Shown here: positions 1-13,667 of the stretch, one piece after another
Numbering within the stretch: the stretch's first letter is position 1
How the letters are laid out: each line of letters opens with the position of its first letter
DNA from: Sminthopsis crassicaudata
Taxonomy: Eukaryota
Assembly (NCBI RefSeq): GCF_048593235.1
Contig: NC_133619.1
Coordinates: forward strand, 388,754,454-388,818,453
Reading direction: 5' to 3'
Length of the DNA: 64,000 nt
Program-made: the position numbers and the translations under genes
The notes under the pieces: model-generated
Database searches by the model: none
Told to the model about the DNA's origin: nothing
Seen by the model: only the letters and a program-made list of their open reading frames with translations

Positions 1-1530
1 AACATTTTTATATTCAAAGGTACTGATAAAGGCCTCATTTCCAAAATATATAGAGAATTGACTCTGATTTATAAGAAATCAAACCATTCTCCAATTGATA
101 AATGGTCAAAGGATATGAACAGACAATTTTCAAATGATGAAATTGAAACTATTTCTACTCATATGAAAAGGTGTTCCAAATCATTATTGATCAGAGAAAT
201 GAAAATTAAAACAAATCTAAGATACCACTACTCATCTCTCAGGTTGGCTAAGATGACAGGAAAAGGTAATGATGAATAATAGAGGGTTTGTGGGAAAACT
301 GGGACACTGATGCATTGTTGATGAAGTTGTGAATAGATCCAAATATTTTGGAGAGTAATTTGGAACTATACTCAAAAAGTTATAAAGCTGTGTATTCCCT
401 TTGATCCAGCAGTGTTACTACTAAGTTTATATCCCAAAGAGATATTAAAGAAGGGAAAGGGACCCGTATGTGCAAAAATGTTTGTGGCAGCCTTTTTCAT
501 AGTGGCTAGAACTGGAAATTGAATGGATGCCCATCAATTGGAGAATGGCTGAGTAAATTGTTGTATATGCACTTCAACAACAATACTGTATGAGGATGTA
601 TTCTGAAGGAAGTGGAAATCTTCAACATAAAGAAGATACAACTCACTTCCAATTGATCAATGATGGACAGAAATAACTACACCCAGAGAAGGAATACTGG
701 GAAGTGAATGTAAATTGTTAGCACTAATGTCTGTCTGCCCAGGTTACTTATACCTTCGAAATCCAATGCTTATTGTGCAACAAGAAAATGGTATTTACAC
801 ACATGTATTGTATCTAGGTTATATTGTAACACATGTAAAATGTATGGGATTGCCTGTCATCGGGGGGAGGAAGCAAAGGGAGGGGGGGATAATTTGGAAA
901 AATGAATACAAGGGATAATATTATAAAAATATATATATAATAAAAAAATTGTTGTATATGAATGTAATGGAATATTATTGCTCTTTAAGAAATGACCAGA
1001 AGGATGAAAACAGAGAGGCTTGGAGAGACTCACATGAACTGATGCTAAGTGAAATGAACAGAAATAGGAGATTATACACTTCAACAACAATAATACTATA
1101 TGAGGATCAATTCGATGGACATGGCTATTCTCAACAATGAGAGGATCCAAATCAGTTCCAATTGATCAGTAATGAGCAGAACCAGCTACACCCAGCTAAA
1201 GAACACTGGAAAATGAATGTGGACCCCAACATATACTCTTTCTATTATTGTTTACTTACATTTTTGTTTTTCTTTCCAGGTTATTTTTACTTTATTTCTA
1301 AATCCAATTATTTTTGTGCAGCAAAGATAACTATAAATATGTATACATATATTGTATTTCACATATACTTTAACATATTTAACATATATGGGACTACCTG
1401 CCATCTAGGATAGTTGGTGGGGGAAGGAGGGGAAAAGTTGTAACAGAAGGTTTTGCAAAGGTAAGTATTGAAAAATTACCTATGAATATGTTTGTTAAAT
1501 AAAAGACTATGATAAAAATAAAAGAAAAAA
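1..1530 (+). mobile_element. L1 LINE 3' portion (ORF2 C-terminus plus 3' UTR and A-rich tail), interrupted by a second L1 at 570-945
   Basis: Translation gives ORF2 C-terminal motifs (KGLISKIYREL...IDKWSKDMNRQFS..EIETISTHMKRCSKSLLIREMKIKTNLRYH, then GKTGTLMHC); stops and frameshifts present; typical marsupial L1 3' UTR with G-rich tract and aataaaa/A-rich end near 1500-1530. Confidence 0.93.
570..945 (+). mobile_element. 5'-truncated L1 (3' UTR only) nested in the older L1, with 15-bp TSD
   Basis: aaattgttgtatatg occurs at 555-569 and again at 946-960, bracketing an L1 3' UTR with a G-rich tract and A-rich tail; the host L1 reading resumes after 960. Confidence 0.88.
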
Positions 1531-4500
1531 ATAATTAGTTAAGGAACAAAGCCCAAACTTGGCACAGGTTTGACATACTTGCAGCATTGCCACATAATTG
1601 GGTCTTTACTGTGACATTCTTTGTGTTGAGATTCCCTATATTACCTATTTCTAACCCTACAATAAAAATGGAAGTGCTCATTAATATTCAGAAATTATAC
1701 AAAAAAGCAATATGGCAAGAAGGCAGAAATTTGAAGGAACTATGTTGATATTTTGCAAAATTTTTCAATCATTTATTTTCATGTAACAAGAAAGGATCCC
1801 GTATGTATAGCTGTTGCCTTCAGAGCTTGCATACAGTTACAAATAAATGAAGTGATAAAATTATTTCTAAATGCTTAGTATGTTCCTACCATTGTGATAA
1901 GTGTTGAAGATACAGGCACAAAAGTCAAGACAATCCAATTTTACATTTTATTGGGGAAGATAACAGACATTGGAATGTGTTGCCTGGGCAAGGGGTATTT
2001 AGGTCCTATAAGGGAGTAAACCTAGGATATTAGACTGATAGGACCCTATCCAGGAACAGTGATGTAATTGATATGATTGTGGTATATAGGTCCATAAATG
2101 GAGAGAGTTCTTTTGGATGGGGGAGATGTAGTCAGTGATTGGCAAAACTGTGGAAGAATTGATGGAAGAATATCAAATTAAATGAAGCATAGTTGATGTT
2201 CTCTTTAAAAAAAAAAAATGGCTTTAGAGAACAGTCCCCAATTAGGCAATGATGAAAGTTTTTACAAAGCCTAGCTTTTTCCAAAGTTAACAATATTACA
2301 TTAAGAAAGTGAATTATTCCCCTTTTGTTTTCAGAGTAACTTAAGTCACTGAAATAAGTAAATAAATAAGTAAAATAAAATACAAAAATCATTTGTGAAA
2401 TTGTATTGCGTAAAGTAGTGATGGTAAGCAACTTATATTTGAGGGTTTAATATGAAATTTAAAGACTTATTGTTATCCAAGAGCCCTATAAAAATAAAGA
2501 AATAAGGCTCAATATGTTCTACATAAAAGGAGGATGTAAAAAAGTCCTGGTAACATGCTGTTAGGGGAGTGAGGGTGGCTTTCAAATGTGGGAAAGAAAT
2601 GCACCATTTTTTTGTACAGACTTCATATACAAACACAGTTTTTGTTATAGAATGTCATATCTAGATTCATACTTCCTAGATTAGAGACCCTAAAGAAAGG
2701 CCATAGCCCTGGATGTCTCAGAGGTTGACCATAGGGAGTTATTCCCAGCAATGATTCTCCTTCTCATCTCATCCTAACAGTAGTGTTGGTATGTGCCTCT
2801 TCATGACCACATACTCCTAACTACTTCAAAGAAAGAATAACTTTCTTCCTCACCTGGCAGCTTGAAAACTTATTCTACTCTTTGACGAGAGTTTTGTACG
2901 TAGCAATGAGCAATATATTCTCCCTTCTCCACTCAAGAGGGTATATGGGCAAACTTTCCTCTACCTGAAGGGAAAAAACAGAACTCATAGTGTGAATACA
3001 TAGAGTAGTACCTACATCAGCTGAGTTGATAGCTGCCCTTGTAATTCAGCTTTGGTTGAAGTTAGCAAACCTGCAGGGTCTGTGGAAGTGGGGCCTCTAG
3101 TAGCAACGGTGGCCATTATTTTTCTCTTTTATGGTGTTTCCTTTTAAACTATGTTTGAGATCTTTGTTGTAGACTAGTACCCTGTGGCACCAGCCTGGCG
3201 TGATGAGACTTCAGTAAGATACAGCACATAAAAGGATGCAGTCTAAGTGTGACGAATTGCAATGACAAGGCTGAGTTGGAGGTAACTTGTGAATGATAAA
3301 GTGAATTGAAAACTGTCTTCCCACTTTATCCTGGGGCAGTGCAAAGAGGAGAGTGGGGGGGCAACCTGAGGACACAGGCTACAAGTATTTCTCTAGAAAG
3401 CTGCTGAGAGCACTCAAGGTGGCCCAATAGATTGGACTTCTATACCCCAACTGAATCGTCAAGCTTGCCATTTGTTCTTTCCAAAATAAATATCATCTAC
3501 CACCAACCCCAAATGTTATTAGTAACAGGCAATGTGAATTAATCATGCATGAAGGTGGAAAGCTTGGCATTGATCCAGCATGTGAAAGATGTGGGGGTAA
3601 GATGAAAGAACCCTACCTAGGTGTCTAGAAGAGAGACTATAAAAGCACGGTCATGCTATCAACAAAGAAATGTAGTTATGAAAGCCCTCCCATGATGAAT
3701 AAACATAAAATCACAAAAGTACTGTTTTTTAACATCTTTCCCCTGTAGCGACCTCCCTGTACCCTCCTCCTTTCTTTTTTGACTTCAAAACATAGTGTGT
3801 TGTGTTAAAAGTTAAAATATAAACCAAATCAGACCAAAAGCAATAAAAGAAATGCTTGTGATGTGCAGGAATTTTGAATGTGGGCTTCTTATTCGTGTTC
3901 ATGGGATAAGTATTGTTTGTTGCCTGTATTCATATAAAGGAAGTAGTTTATATAGTGGGAGGTGATTTTAGAGTTAAGAGAATATCAGTTCAAATCCCAT
4001 CCCTGATACTTATTATGTGACTTTGGACAAGAAAATTTAGTTCTTAGGTCTTGGTTTTCTCATTAATAAAAGGATTTAATTGGACTAGATATTGTTTGAA
4101 ATGTTTTCTAATACTATATCACTGATCCAAAGACTGTCATAAAAGATCAGCAGCATGTTATTAATTCCCAAAACAGAAGAAAAAAGTGATTTGGGAGAAA
4201 AAAAGTTTTAAGAGAAAAAATGCTGCACTTGGAATGGATATGCCTGTGTTCAAATCTAAGCTTTCATATTTACTTTCTTATTTGAAAAAAAATTATAAGG
4301 TTTATATATTATCTGTATCATCTAATTTTGATTAAAATTATAAGCAAAATGCTTTATAAAGTTTAAAGTACCATATAAATGTGACATTCATTCATAAAAT
4401 TTTATTCAAAACTTTTGTCAATTGCTATTAAAGCCTATCTCATTTAATTGCTTGGATGACCTTACTCAAGTTATTTAATCACATCAAATTGTGATTTATT

Positions 4501-5479
4501 CACATGGAAAATTCCTGGATAGCAAATACCATATCACCAGGGTTTTGACAAGAAAAACTAACATTGCCTTCATGGTATTCTTTATTCTTGACTCTTTACT
4601 CAGTTTCTTAGCATGCATAGCACTCTAGTATTTTAGAACTAACACTGGTGCTAATTTGACATTGATTGCAATCTTCTGCCAAAAAAAAAAAAAAAATGTA
4701 ACAACTACTACCTCTAAAGATCTCTTATAATTGACTAAATTCTGAAAGTCACAAATTAAAAAACAAAACAAAACAAATAAATAGCAGCAACAACAAAATT
4801 CTTCTCCTGTTCTAAAGAGGTTCTACAACTCAGGACTTTCTGCAGGCCCCCAAAATAGATGTCTCATTTGTAATGTGCGGTTATTTCTAAGGTTAATATT
4901 TCATTGACATCTTCAATTCTCGTCCCCACCACTTTGGTTTCCCAAACTACTTAATTTATATTTGATAGAAGTATGGAATACTACTTTCAGAAGGATTCAT
5001 TCTTCCTCCATTATTACTCTGCAGAAATAATTTTTTTTTTAGTGTAACTAAGACTCAGAGAAAGCACATAGGTATCATAAACCCTACTGAATATGCAATA
5101 AATCAAGAACTTAATTTTATAATCTTGTTGAAACATCTTCTACCTGACTTCAAAAAAAAAGTAATATTTATAATAATTTTTTAGGATTGGGTGACATGCA
5201 ATTGGTTGGGAAGTAAGAACATGGGAGAAATGAATCTTGTTTTTCTGTGGGAAAATATTTGGAAAAAGAATACAGTGTTTTTACTGGGTAAATGTGTGAT
5301 TAAATCACACAAATACGGAATGATAATTAGGAGCTTGAACTAGAGAAAAAAGAAAGAACTTTTACATCAATAGAGATAATTTCTTAATCAAAGAATATGA
5401 TAGGGTCACTATATACTTTGGGTTGTTTCATACAATATGTGATAATTTTTGTTCTATACCAGGTAGCAAACATTAATAG

Positions 5480-6390
5480 ACTCTTATACAAACTCAAGAG
5501 GATTATTAAAAGTCTAGAAACAATTCCCAAATCAATGAATGAAGGGTATTTATCTTGGAGAAGAAAAGCTGAAAGAGAATGTGAAATGGAGATGACTCGA
5601 TCAATAACTGTGAAGGATATTTATCCTGGAGAAGAAAAGCTGAAAGTGAAAGAGAGTAATACTGAGGGTTAGAAATGGAAACAAAAAAACACTGGGAAAG
5701 GGGAGGGAAGGAAAATGGAGGGAGGGAGAGGGAAAGAGAAAGAGAGACAGAGAGATGCAAATAGAGGAGAAAGAGAGAGAGGGGAGGAGAGNNNNNNNNN
5801 NNNNNNNNNNNNNNNNNNNNNNNNNNNNNNNNNNNNNNNNNNNNNNNNNNNNNNNNNNNNNNNNNNNNNNNNNNNNNNNNNNNNNNNNNNNNNNNNNNNN
5901 NNNNNNNNNNNNNNNNNNNNNNNNNNNNNNNNNNNNNNNNNNNNNNNNNNNNNNNNNNNNNNNNNNNNNNNNNNNNNNNNNAAATAACTTTCCCAATATT
6001 TGAAGAATTGTCATATAAAAGAATGAAAAATATATTCTATTTAATTACATAACATTGGGAAAATTGGTAGGAGGAAACAGAAAAAAAAAGGAGACATTTT
6101 CATTTGAATATAATTCACTTAAAGTCAATGTATATTTTTAAGCATCAGCTATGAATATTGCATTGTTATGGAAATTGGGCAAGATAAAAAATTAGAACAC
6201 AAAACTTCTCACTTGCCCTCATGAAACTTATAATTTAGAAAAAATATGTGGAGGACTTTCTAACAACAAGGACTGTCTAACAATGTAATGGGCTACCTTC
6301 TTAATAAATAAATATCCTGTCACTGGAAGTGTTTGAATAAAGATCTGGACTATTGTAGAACGGAGTATTGTAATCAGTCCCACTTCAAGA
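5480..6390 (+). mobile_element. Ancient L3/CR1 LINE 3' fragment, split by a purine-rich repeat and an assembly gap
   Basis: ttatcttggagaagaaaagctga resembles the CR1 C-terminal FSLEKRRL region; ggactttctaacaac...aatgggctacc...cctgtcactggaagtgttt resembles the L3 3' end. Highly diverged. Confidence 0.55.
5792..5981. other. Assembly gap (N run) following a GA-rich repeat
   Basis: Run of N. Confidence 0.99.
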
Positions 6391-7312
6391 TTTTATGAAC
6401 TTGGGAAACTGGAAAATACACATGATCATTAAAATTAAATTGGCAGTACTTTTTTTTTTCTTTTGTCAAGGAATGTACAATGTATGAAAACATACATAGT
6501 GAAATTTAAATAAGAGAATGCTTCAGTTAAGGAAAAGAACAAAAGAAAAAAGCGTTATTAAGAAAGAAATGGGGATATTGAAAAACTGAAATTTATCACA
6601 TTTGTGTGGCTATCAATTTGTTAATAAGCTACAAAGGCACTTAAAGTTAAGATTTAATTTTGAAGTTGCTTGAGAAAGTGGATGGCCAAAAAAGGGATTC
6701 AGCTAATGGAGTGAAATCATTGCAACTTAAAAACAGGGGAATAATTTCAGGTTTTATGTTTGGGAAAGATGAAGATGAATGCAAAACTGAGAAAAGTAAC
6801 AATTTATTGGCCAACATGATCATTCTCCATATTCTTCATTTACTATTTCCATTTTTTTCAAATTCTCATGATTTCTCCAAACCCTTAGCTAACTTACTTT
6901 CAAATGACACAGATTTTATCTGTCTTTCACATGCTTTTTATAAATTCCCTAAAAATAACTATTTGGATTTTTTTTGGAGCTATTACAAATATGTAAACTG
7001 TTTGCTAATTGTTACAACTAATATTAAGCAGGAAAAAGTGACCAGTGTATAAAAATAATGAATCAGAAGTGTACTGATATGTAGTCATGTATTTCTTTGT
7101 TATATAAAATTAAAATACTACTGCAAAAGAATTTGTTTAAACTGTGAAATAGCAACTAAAGCCTAGTTATAGAACTCTAAAGACTGTGCTAAACTCATCT
7201 TAACTTCTGGATGAGATGATAAACCATTTGCTTATGCAGTTTGCTTAATGTTCCTCCAAGCAAGTTTGAGTTTAAACAAAAAATTTGGAGAGGGTTTAAA
7301 TCTTTTTTTGAT

Positions 7313-7358
<46 letters not shown>
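7313..7358. repeat. (GT)n microsatellite
   Basis: Direct reading. Confidence 0.97.
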
Positions 7359-7361
<3 letters not shown>

Positions 7362-10300
7362 CGCGTGCCCATGCCTAGCAGGAATAAGGCAGAAGATATT
7401 TTTGTTAACTCCCTAACTCTATAAACTATTTATATAATATATACATGTTAATTATGTCATTCTTTCTAGTCATCAATGTAAGTCTTGAGAATTTCTACTA
7501 TATACTGCTTTGTTATGATGATTCCTGGGTCAAGCTTTTGATCCAATTTGTGTTTTGTGTTCTGACAATGGAATCAAGGAATAGCATATAAAGAGTAATT
7601 CTCTATAATACTAACCACAATAGAACAGCTATGTTACATATGTGAAAATAATACAACTGCATTTCTTTAAAGCATATCTATAATTCAGAATTTCACGAAT
7701 TTGAAATGGCCTTTCTCTAATTAGTCGGACTATAATCAGACTATAATGTAAATCATTTTTCATAGATTTCACAACTATCACCCTTGGGTTTTGAAGGGTT
7801 ATACTTATCATAGGAAAAATCATTAAATGAAAATAAGGATTATTAAGGCTATTGGACTTTAAAAAAATAATTATCCAATGCGACATGATGCATATTATCA
7901 GAAAGTTTGTCCTCTGTAATAGAGCTACACTTATTGGTGTGATTATTTCTACTATATTATTTATTATTTAGAACCCCCAACTTGCATCTTCCAAACTAAT
8001 TGCACATTTCCGAAATGCACTTTGTGTTGTTACAAAATTAAAATTGGAGGATGAAATTAAGATGTTTGGGCAAAGGGAAAAAAAAAAAAGATTCTCTAAG
8101 TAGTTTTGCTGGGGCCTCCGGAAGCTGCTGGACCCTAGGGTAGCTTCATATTAATTAATACAGCTTTATTTTAATGATATACATTTGTAATTATGCCCTA
8201 TTAAGTGTCTAAGGAACTGAATATGTTTTAGGTAGAAAAAAAACTAGGACCTAATAGCACCCTCTAGAAGTTATTTTAGTTTTCTTGTTTTTATCTACAG
8301 AGAAACTGAGTCACAAAAAACAAAGTAGCTTTCTCTAAGGCAGCTATCACTCTAATGGCTGGAAAGATTCAGTATAACTTCTGTTTGCCGTAATGCTTAT
8401 GGAAAGTGTTTTGGCATTTGACAGGTCTAGTGCATATGTAAAAAAGAGAAGCTGTCAACTGTTTTAAGAAGAAGCTTTTTCCTTGGTTTAAAAGAGACAA
8501 GGTATCCCAATGAGAGTGGAAAGAGAAAGGAAGACATGCTCTTCACTGTTCTGAGACTCTGCATTAACTCCCTGAATTAGCCACATATGGGAATTATAGA
8601 GGTAAAGGAAGGAGCAGAAGGTACACCTGAGATGTGGCCATTGGTACCATTGGATCTCTAAGCACTAAGTTGAACATATAGCTCCTTGAAGTTACACAAC
8701 AGGAGTGGGGAAAGGGAAGAACCAACTCTTGGACCCAGATTGCCAGAATTTAAATCTAAGAATAGAATGTTGGTGTTACTTTCTAATGTAGACCAAAGTG
8801 CAACAATCCTGAGAACTTGATAAATTCATTGTAAACTATAGAGAGACTGAAGTGGGAATCAACTGGCAAAAGAGTAAACAAAGGGATAAAAATAATCAAT
8901 TTAATTGTGTGTACTTAACCCATCAAACCTATACTTCTTAATGCTGTGGCTTCAGTTTGAAAATAACAAAAGCAATCATTTAAAAAACCTTAAATATGTT
9001 AGAGATTTGTTGGGCAAATTTAGATAAGCTATTTGACTAGTTTTGCCACACTTTCCTGTGTGACATATTAATATCAGAATGTTATTCATTGAAGCTAAGT
9101 AAATCTTAAAGCTTAGAAATAAAATTTCTATATGTAGCCTTATATATGATTATTTTCCCTGCATACAAGTCTGCATTATTTCTTGTTTAAGAGAGTACAC
9201 TAATTAATTTCCTACCTTAATTGCAATGATCCAATTAGCTTTGTAAACCTAATTTGGATGGAAGTTGCTGGAAGTCAGGCTGCAAGGGAAGATAGAAATG
9301 CTCAATTTTTTTTAGGAACCCATGTTTTGGGTAGCAGCAGATTCATAGGTACAAAATGAATATTTGGTACCAGCATATTTCTATATCCTTGCTATAAGCA
9401 GCATCCTATTTTTGCCTTTCTAAATAGATTTGTTAGTTGAGTTTATGCAACTCATTGTATATAATCTGTAGGAACCAGATATAATTTCTGGTTATCCCAA
9501 TTCACAACTTTTCTCCAAAGTTCTGTGTCTTTTCCAAACACAGAGCTCTGATTGTTTCACATTCATGAGAGATCTGTGGCTGTAGGCAGAGAATGATAAT
9601 TAAGCTGAATAATACTAGGAAAATAGAATGAGAAAGCAGCCCAGAGATTCTATTAGAATTATATACAATGCTAAATTGCCCAATACTGCTTACCAAACTG
9701 CAGATGCTGACTATATCTTTAAATCCATTATCATATTGAGTCTGTGTGATTTTTGAGATTGATGTACATAGACTCCAAATATCAAAAAACAAAAATAATC
9801 TTAATAATTACTCTTTTTCCCCTCAAATAATTAAATACAGCCACCAATTTTACATATTATTGATCTTATATATAAAGCTAAGAATGAATAATTCAGTATT
9901 TTTTATCTATATGCAGATTTGCTCCAACTATTTTTCCCCCAAGGGTAAAACTTTTCCCTTGCATTTCTTCAGAATCTTCTCAACTAAAAATTCCATGAAA
10001 AAAAAGTAATAAATAATTGTTCTTAACTGTTTTGAATCTCATCTTTTTGCTAGTTGTGTATTTAACCAAAGCATAGCTTTTAGATAAGTTCCACGTAGCA
10101 TTATGCCATTAATTTGCTTGAAACTACAGGCCCTGGAGGTTCTACATACCTGGACCCTGATCTTTTTCCACTCCATTTCTGATAAGTAATTCTTTAGTAT
10201 CTGTGTTTCCATCTCATTTGAGGCAAGGCCAATATTTTCTTATCTATATTCAGATGTTTATATATATATTTGATACGCATCTCATGTCTCTAGCTTTAAA

Positions 10301-11119
10301 GCAATCATATCTCCCCAGCATAATCCTTGTTTAACAATAATCTCACCAAATAACATGAATATACATATTCTGATGTGCAGATAATGAAAGAATAAATAGT
10401 TACTGATTTCTGATTCATTTAGGAACTATACATCCAGGTTCTGCCTTCAGATATGTGTGGTTTTGGGGATATAAATTAAAGGGATGCTGTTAGCTCTCAA
10501 TAATGAATTAGCAAGACAGCAGAGTTTCTGAGACATCACTATAATAATAATAGCTCCCCCTTTTGGAAATATATAGGGGAAAGCAACTGATCCAAACCTA
10601 TCATTTCATTCAGCTATTTTGGAATCTCTTTTTAGTGATAGCCATCTGCAACTTGTCTCAATGGACTTCCTAGGGCAATGAACGGTCAAGAACCAAGACC
10701 AGGATTACAAAACTTCTATGAATCAGAGACAGAATTTGAATTCAGCTTTTCCTGATTCCAAGGTAATCAGTTCCTCTAGCCACTCTACTGTGTCACCTCT
10801 GAGGTAGCCTTCAAAGAGTTCTTTATGTTTCCAGAGTTTGTGATATACACCATCTCTATGGAGAATGGAAAGTTCTCTGCTTCTATGTGATCTAAGGCAA
10901 ATCTTTTTTCTTCCCTCAATTCCTTAATTTCTCAGTTATATATGAATGAGATTGAACTAACATTTTTCAAAAATCTCTTTCAATTCTTCAATTCTAAATC
11001 CTGTGATCCCTCCCAGATTTTTTCTTATTACCTAATAGAGTAAGTTTCATTCTCTAAACATTGGGAGCCATATGGCTAACAATGCAACAGCATCAATGGT
11101 TTAAAAAATGTTTCTGATA

Positions 11120-11257
11120 GGGGTGGCTAGGTGCCTCAGTGGGTAGAGCACTAGACCTGAGTTCTCTGACCTCAGACACTTAACTTCCTAGCTGTGTGAC
11201 CCTGGCCAAGTCACTTAATCTCAATTGTCTCAGCAAAAAAAAAAAAAAAAAAAAAAA
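11120..11257 (+). mobile_element. tRNA-derived CORE SINE (WSINE1-like), internally deleted, with poly(A) tail
   Basis: ggggtggctaggtgcctcagtgggtagagcac head (A-box-like), ctagctgtgtgaccctggccaagtcacttaa CORE and a long A tail. Confidence 0.85.
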
Positions 11258-13106
11258 TATTATATCAAAAGAATAATTTCTGATATAAGAGTGGAAGAGT
11301 AGCTTCTTGGGCAGAATTGTCATCTCTGTTTTTACTATCCCAACACTACTTGCTTTGGGAACAGCGCTCCCTTTTGGTACACCTTAGCAGCAAAAGCAGA
11401 AAAATAGTATTCACTGATCATAATGTTTGACAAATTATGCTGTTCTCTTGCCCTAATAGCCATGAAAACTAAGAGCTGATTTATTATAAATTCAAATATT
11501 AATAAATTATAATTATGCATGCCAAATCTTCATTCTAAATTGAAATAAGAATGGAAACCCTCTTCAAGGAAAAAACAAAAATAAAAACCAACAAAAGAAA
11601 AAAGCAAAAGCCTTAAATGTTTGGATAATTTACTGTACCTTTGTGCTTCCTAGCAGCGACTAGAATGAAACTAAAGAGACTTCGAATAATATATTATATT
11701 TTTGATCTAGTCCCAAACCAGGAAATACTAAAAGTCTCATGAGAAAATGTGTCCCTCTAACCAAGTGATTCAGCTAAGTTTAGAAAAGAATTTGAACTCT
11801 TGGAATCTTATCTGAACCAAACATCTGGTCACTTTGAATACCATCCATTAACGCACAACATTTTCCTTGCATCTTTACTCATTCTTATAAAACAACCAGA
11901 CTTTTTCTTTTTTTATTACTCCCTTTACCTTAAATTCAGATATCTGTCTATAAAACAACTATGTTTTATCATTACTCTTCATTTTGAATGGGTTTCTGTT
12001 ACAAAGTAAGTGATAGTTTGTCTATTCTTTTGTGATGAGGAAAATGACTTGCCACTTTTATCTAAATTATCATTGCAAACGTGCCCACAACTTTAATAGA
12101 ACCTGCCAATATATGATAACTGGGCAACTGGGTTGTCTGATTTTAAGTGAGGCAGGGAAGAAGATTCAGTCTTCCTTTTTTCTCTTTGCCAAACTGATGA
12201 AAAGAAAAAATGTTTCCAGTTTTTCCATTTTTGTTTTTTTTTGCCTGTAAATTTGTCACACTGCTCTAATCATTTCTCCAAAGCATGTTTGACACTACAG
12301 TGAGAGTTTTGGGGGAAAATAACAATCCTTAAAACTATGTCTGTTATTAACTTCCCTTTGAAAAATGTTATCATTGCTGCAAATGCCTCAGTCCAACTAG
12401 TGGAGCATGGGAAGTCTGAGGATGTGAGGGAGAATCTTATCAGAGAAATGAGTGGGAGAGCATTTCCTTGTAGTCCCTGTGGTACTGATTCTGAACTAAA
12501 AGGCCAGTGAGATAACATCTACAAAATGGCACACTGTTCTCTGAAATGCAACATGAATATTCCTGAGCAGGGTGATAACCAGCTGCAAACAAAGCAAATT
12601 AATTCACAAAACCATGAAGTCTCCTTTTCCCTGCCTGAAAGAAAGATGGCCTCAGAGAGGAAAGTCATTTCAAAATAAAATATTTTTACTCTTTTCTCCT
12701 TTTCAAAGTTCTCCAAAAGTGAATTATAAGCAAGGAGGAGGACTCCAAATGTCATTAGCACAATACTTGGCACATAGTAGGCGTTTCATAGATGCTTATT
12801 CGCTGACTAATTTAAGCATAAGATTCTGCCTCTGGAAATGGCAATAAAGGAAAATGGCTAGAATGAGCAGTATTTTGGGAGGAAAAAAAGAAGCAGAGGA
12901 GGAAAGCAAAAACACAGAAAGAAATCCCTGTGTGAGCAACAAGGGGGAGACTGGCTGTAGTGTGTTAGAAACATTTGGGGACCTAATCATTTAGTGAATA
13001 AGAAAGAATTAGGAAGCTGGAGGAAGCCACAGATATTTTAAGAAGGCCAAAGGATACCTTAAAGAAAAGAAAACAAGATAACATTATAAGTAAGTAGAGA
13101 AGGTTA

Positions 13107-13542
13107 TGTGGCCATCTACATAAAGGGAACCAGGGAAGACATGGGGGAATTTCCTTCAGCTAGGCAATTCCAAATAGTCCACTCACATATGAGACATGGT
13201 GTTCAGGTCTGCTTCTGATGCCTGGGTCAGGCATGACCAGGAAAGAACCATCAATCACTCCCATTCCATTTGTGAATGGGAGTGATTGATTGTTCAAGAC
13301 TGAATTAGCCCTGCCTGACTCACTGAGAGACTTAATGGAATCTGGGGGCCCTGAACTGGAAACTTGGGTTTTGGCCTGGCAATGGACCCATAACCTTGAG
13401 GCTAAATCCAGGTGTGTCTTAGCCTAATCTTGCCATTTCCAGGAAAAGCATTCATATAGTGATTCCTATGTATTGCTTGGTCTGAAGTAAAAATTGTTTT
13501 GTTTTGTTTTGTTTTCCCTTCAGTTAGTATTGATGAAGGACA
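13107..13542 (+). mobile_element. Probable old LTR-like repeat (boundaries uncertain) containing a long hairpin
   Basis: GC-richer island bounded by tgt...aca, with an agtaaa/T-rich 3' part; no TSD found, family not identified. Confidence 0.35.
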
Positions 13543-13667
13543 TTGGAAGATTTAGTTTTCAACTTTTATTATTTCAATTTTAAACTTTTAAAGAAAACAT
13601 TTAAAGGTTTCTCTGTACATACTTTCCTAACGATTATTGCACAAAAGACTATAAACTAGACTGAGCT

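Noticed and set aside
11120-11160. tRNA-like head
   Set aside because: SINE 5' end; no cloverleaf or complete B-box region, and followed by CORE and poly(A).
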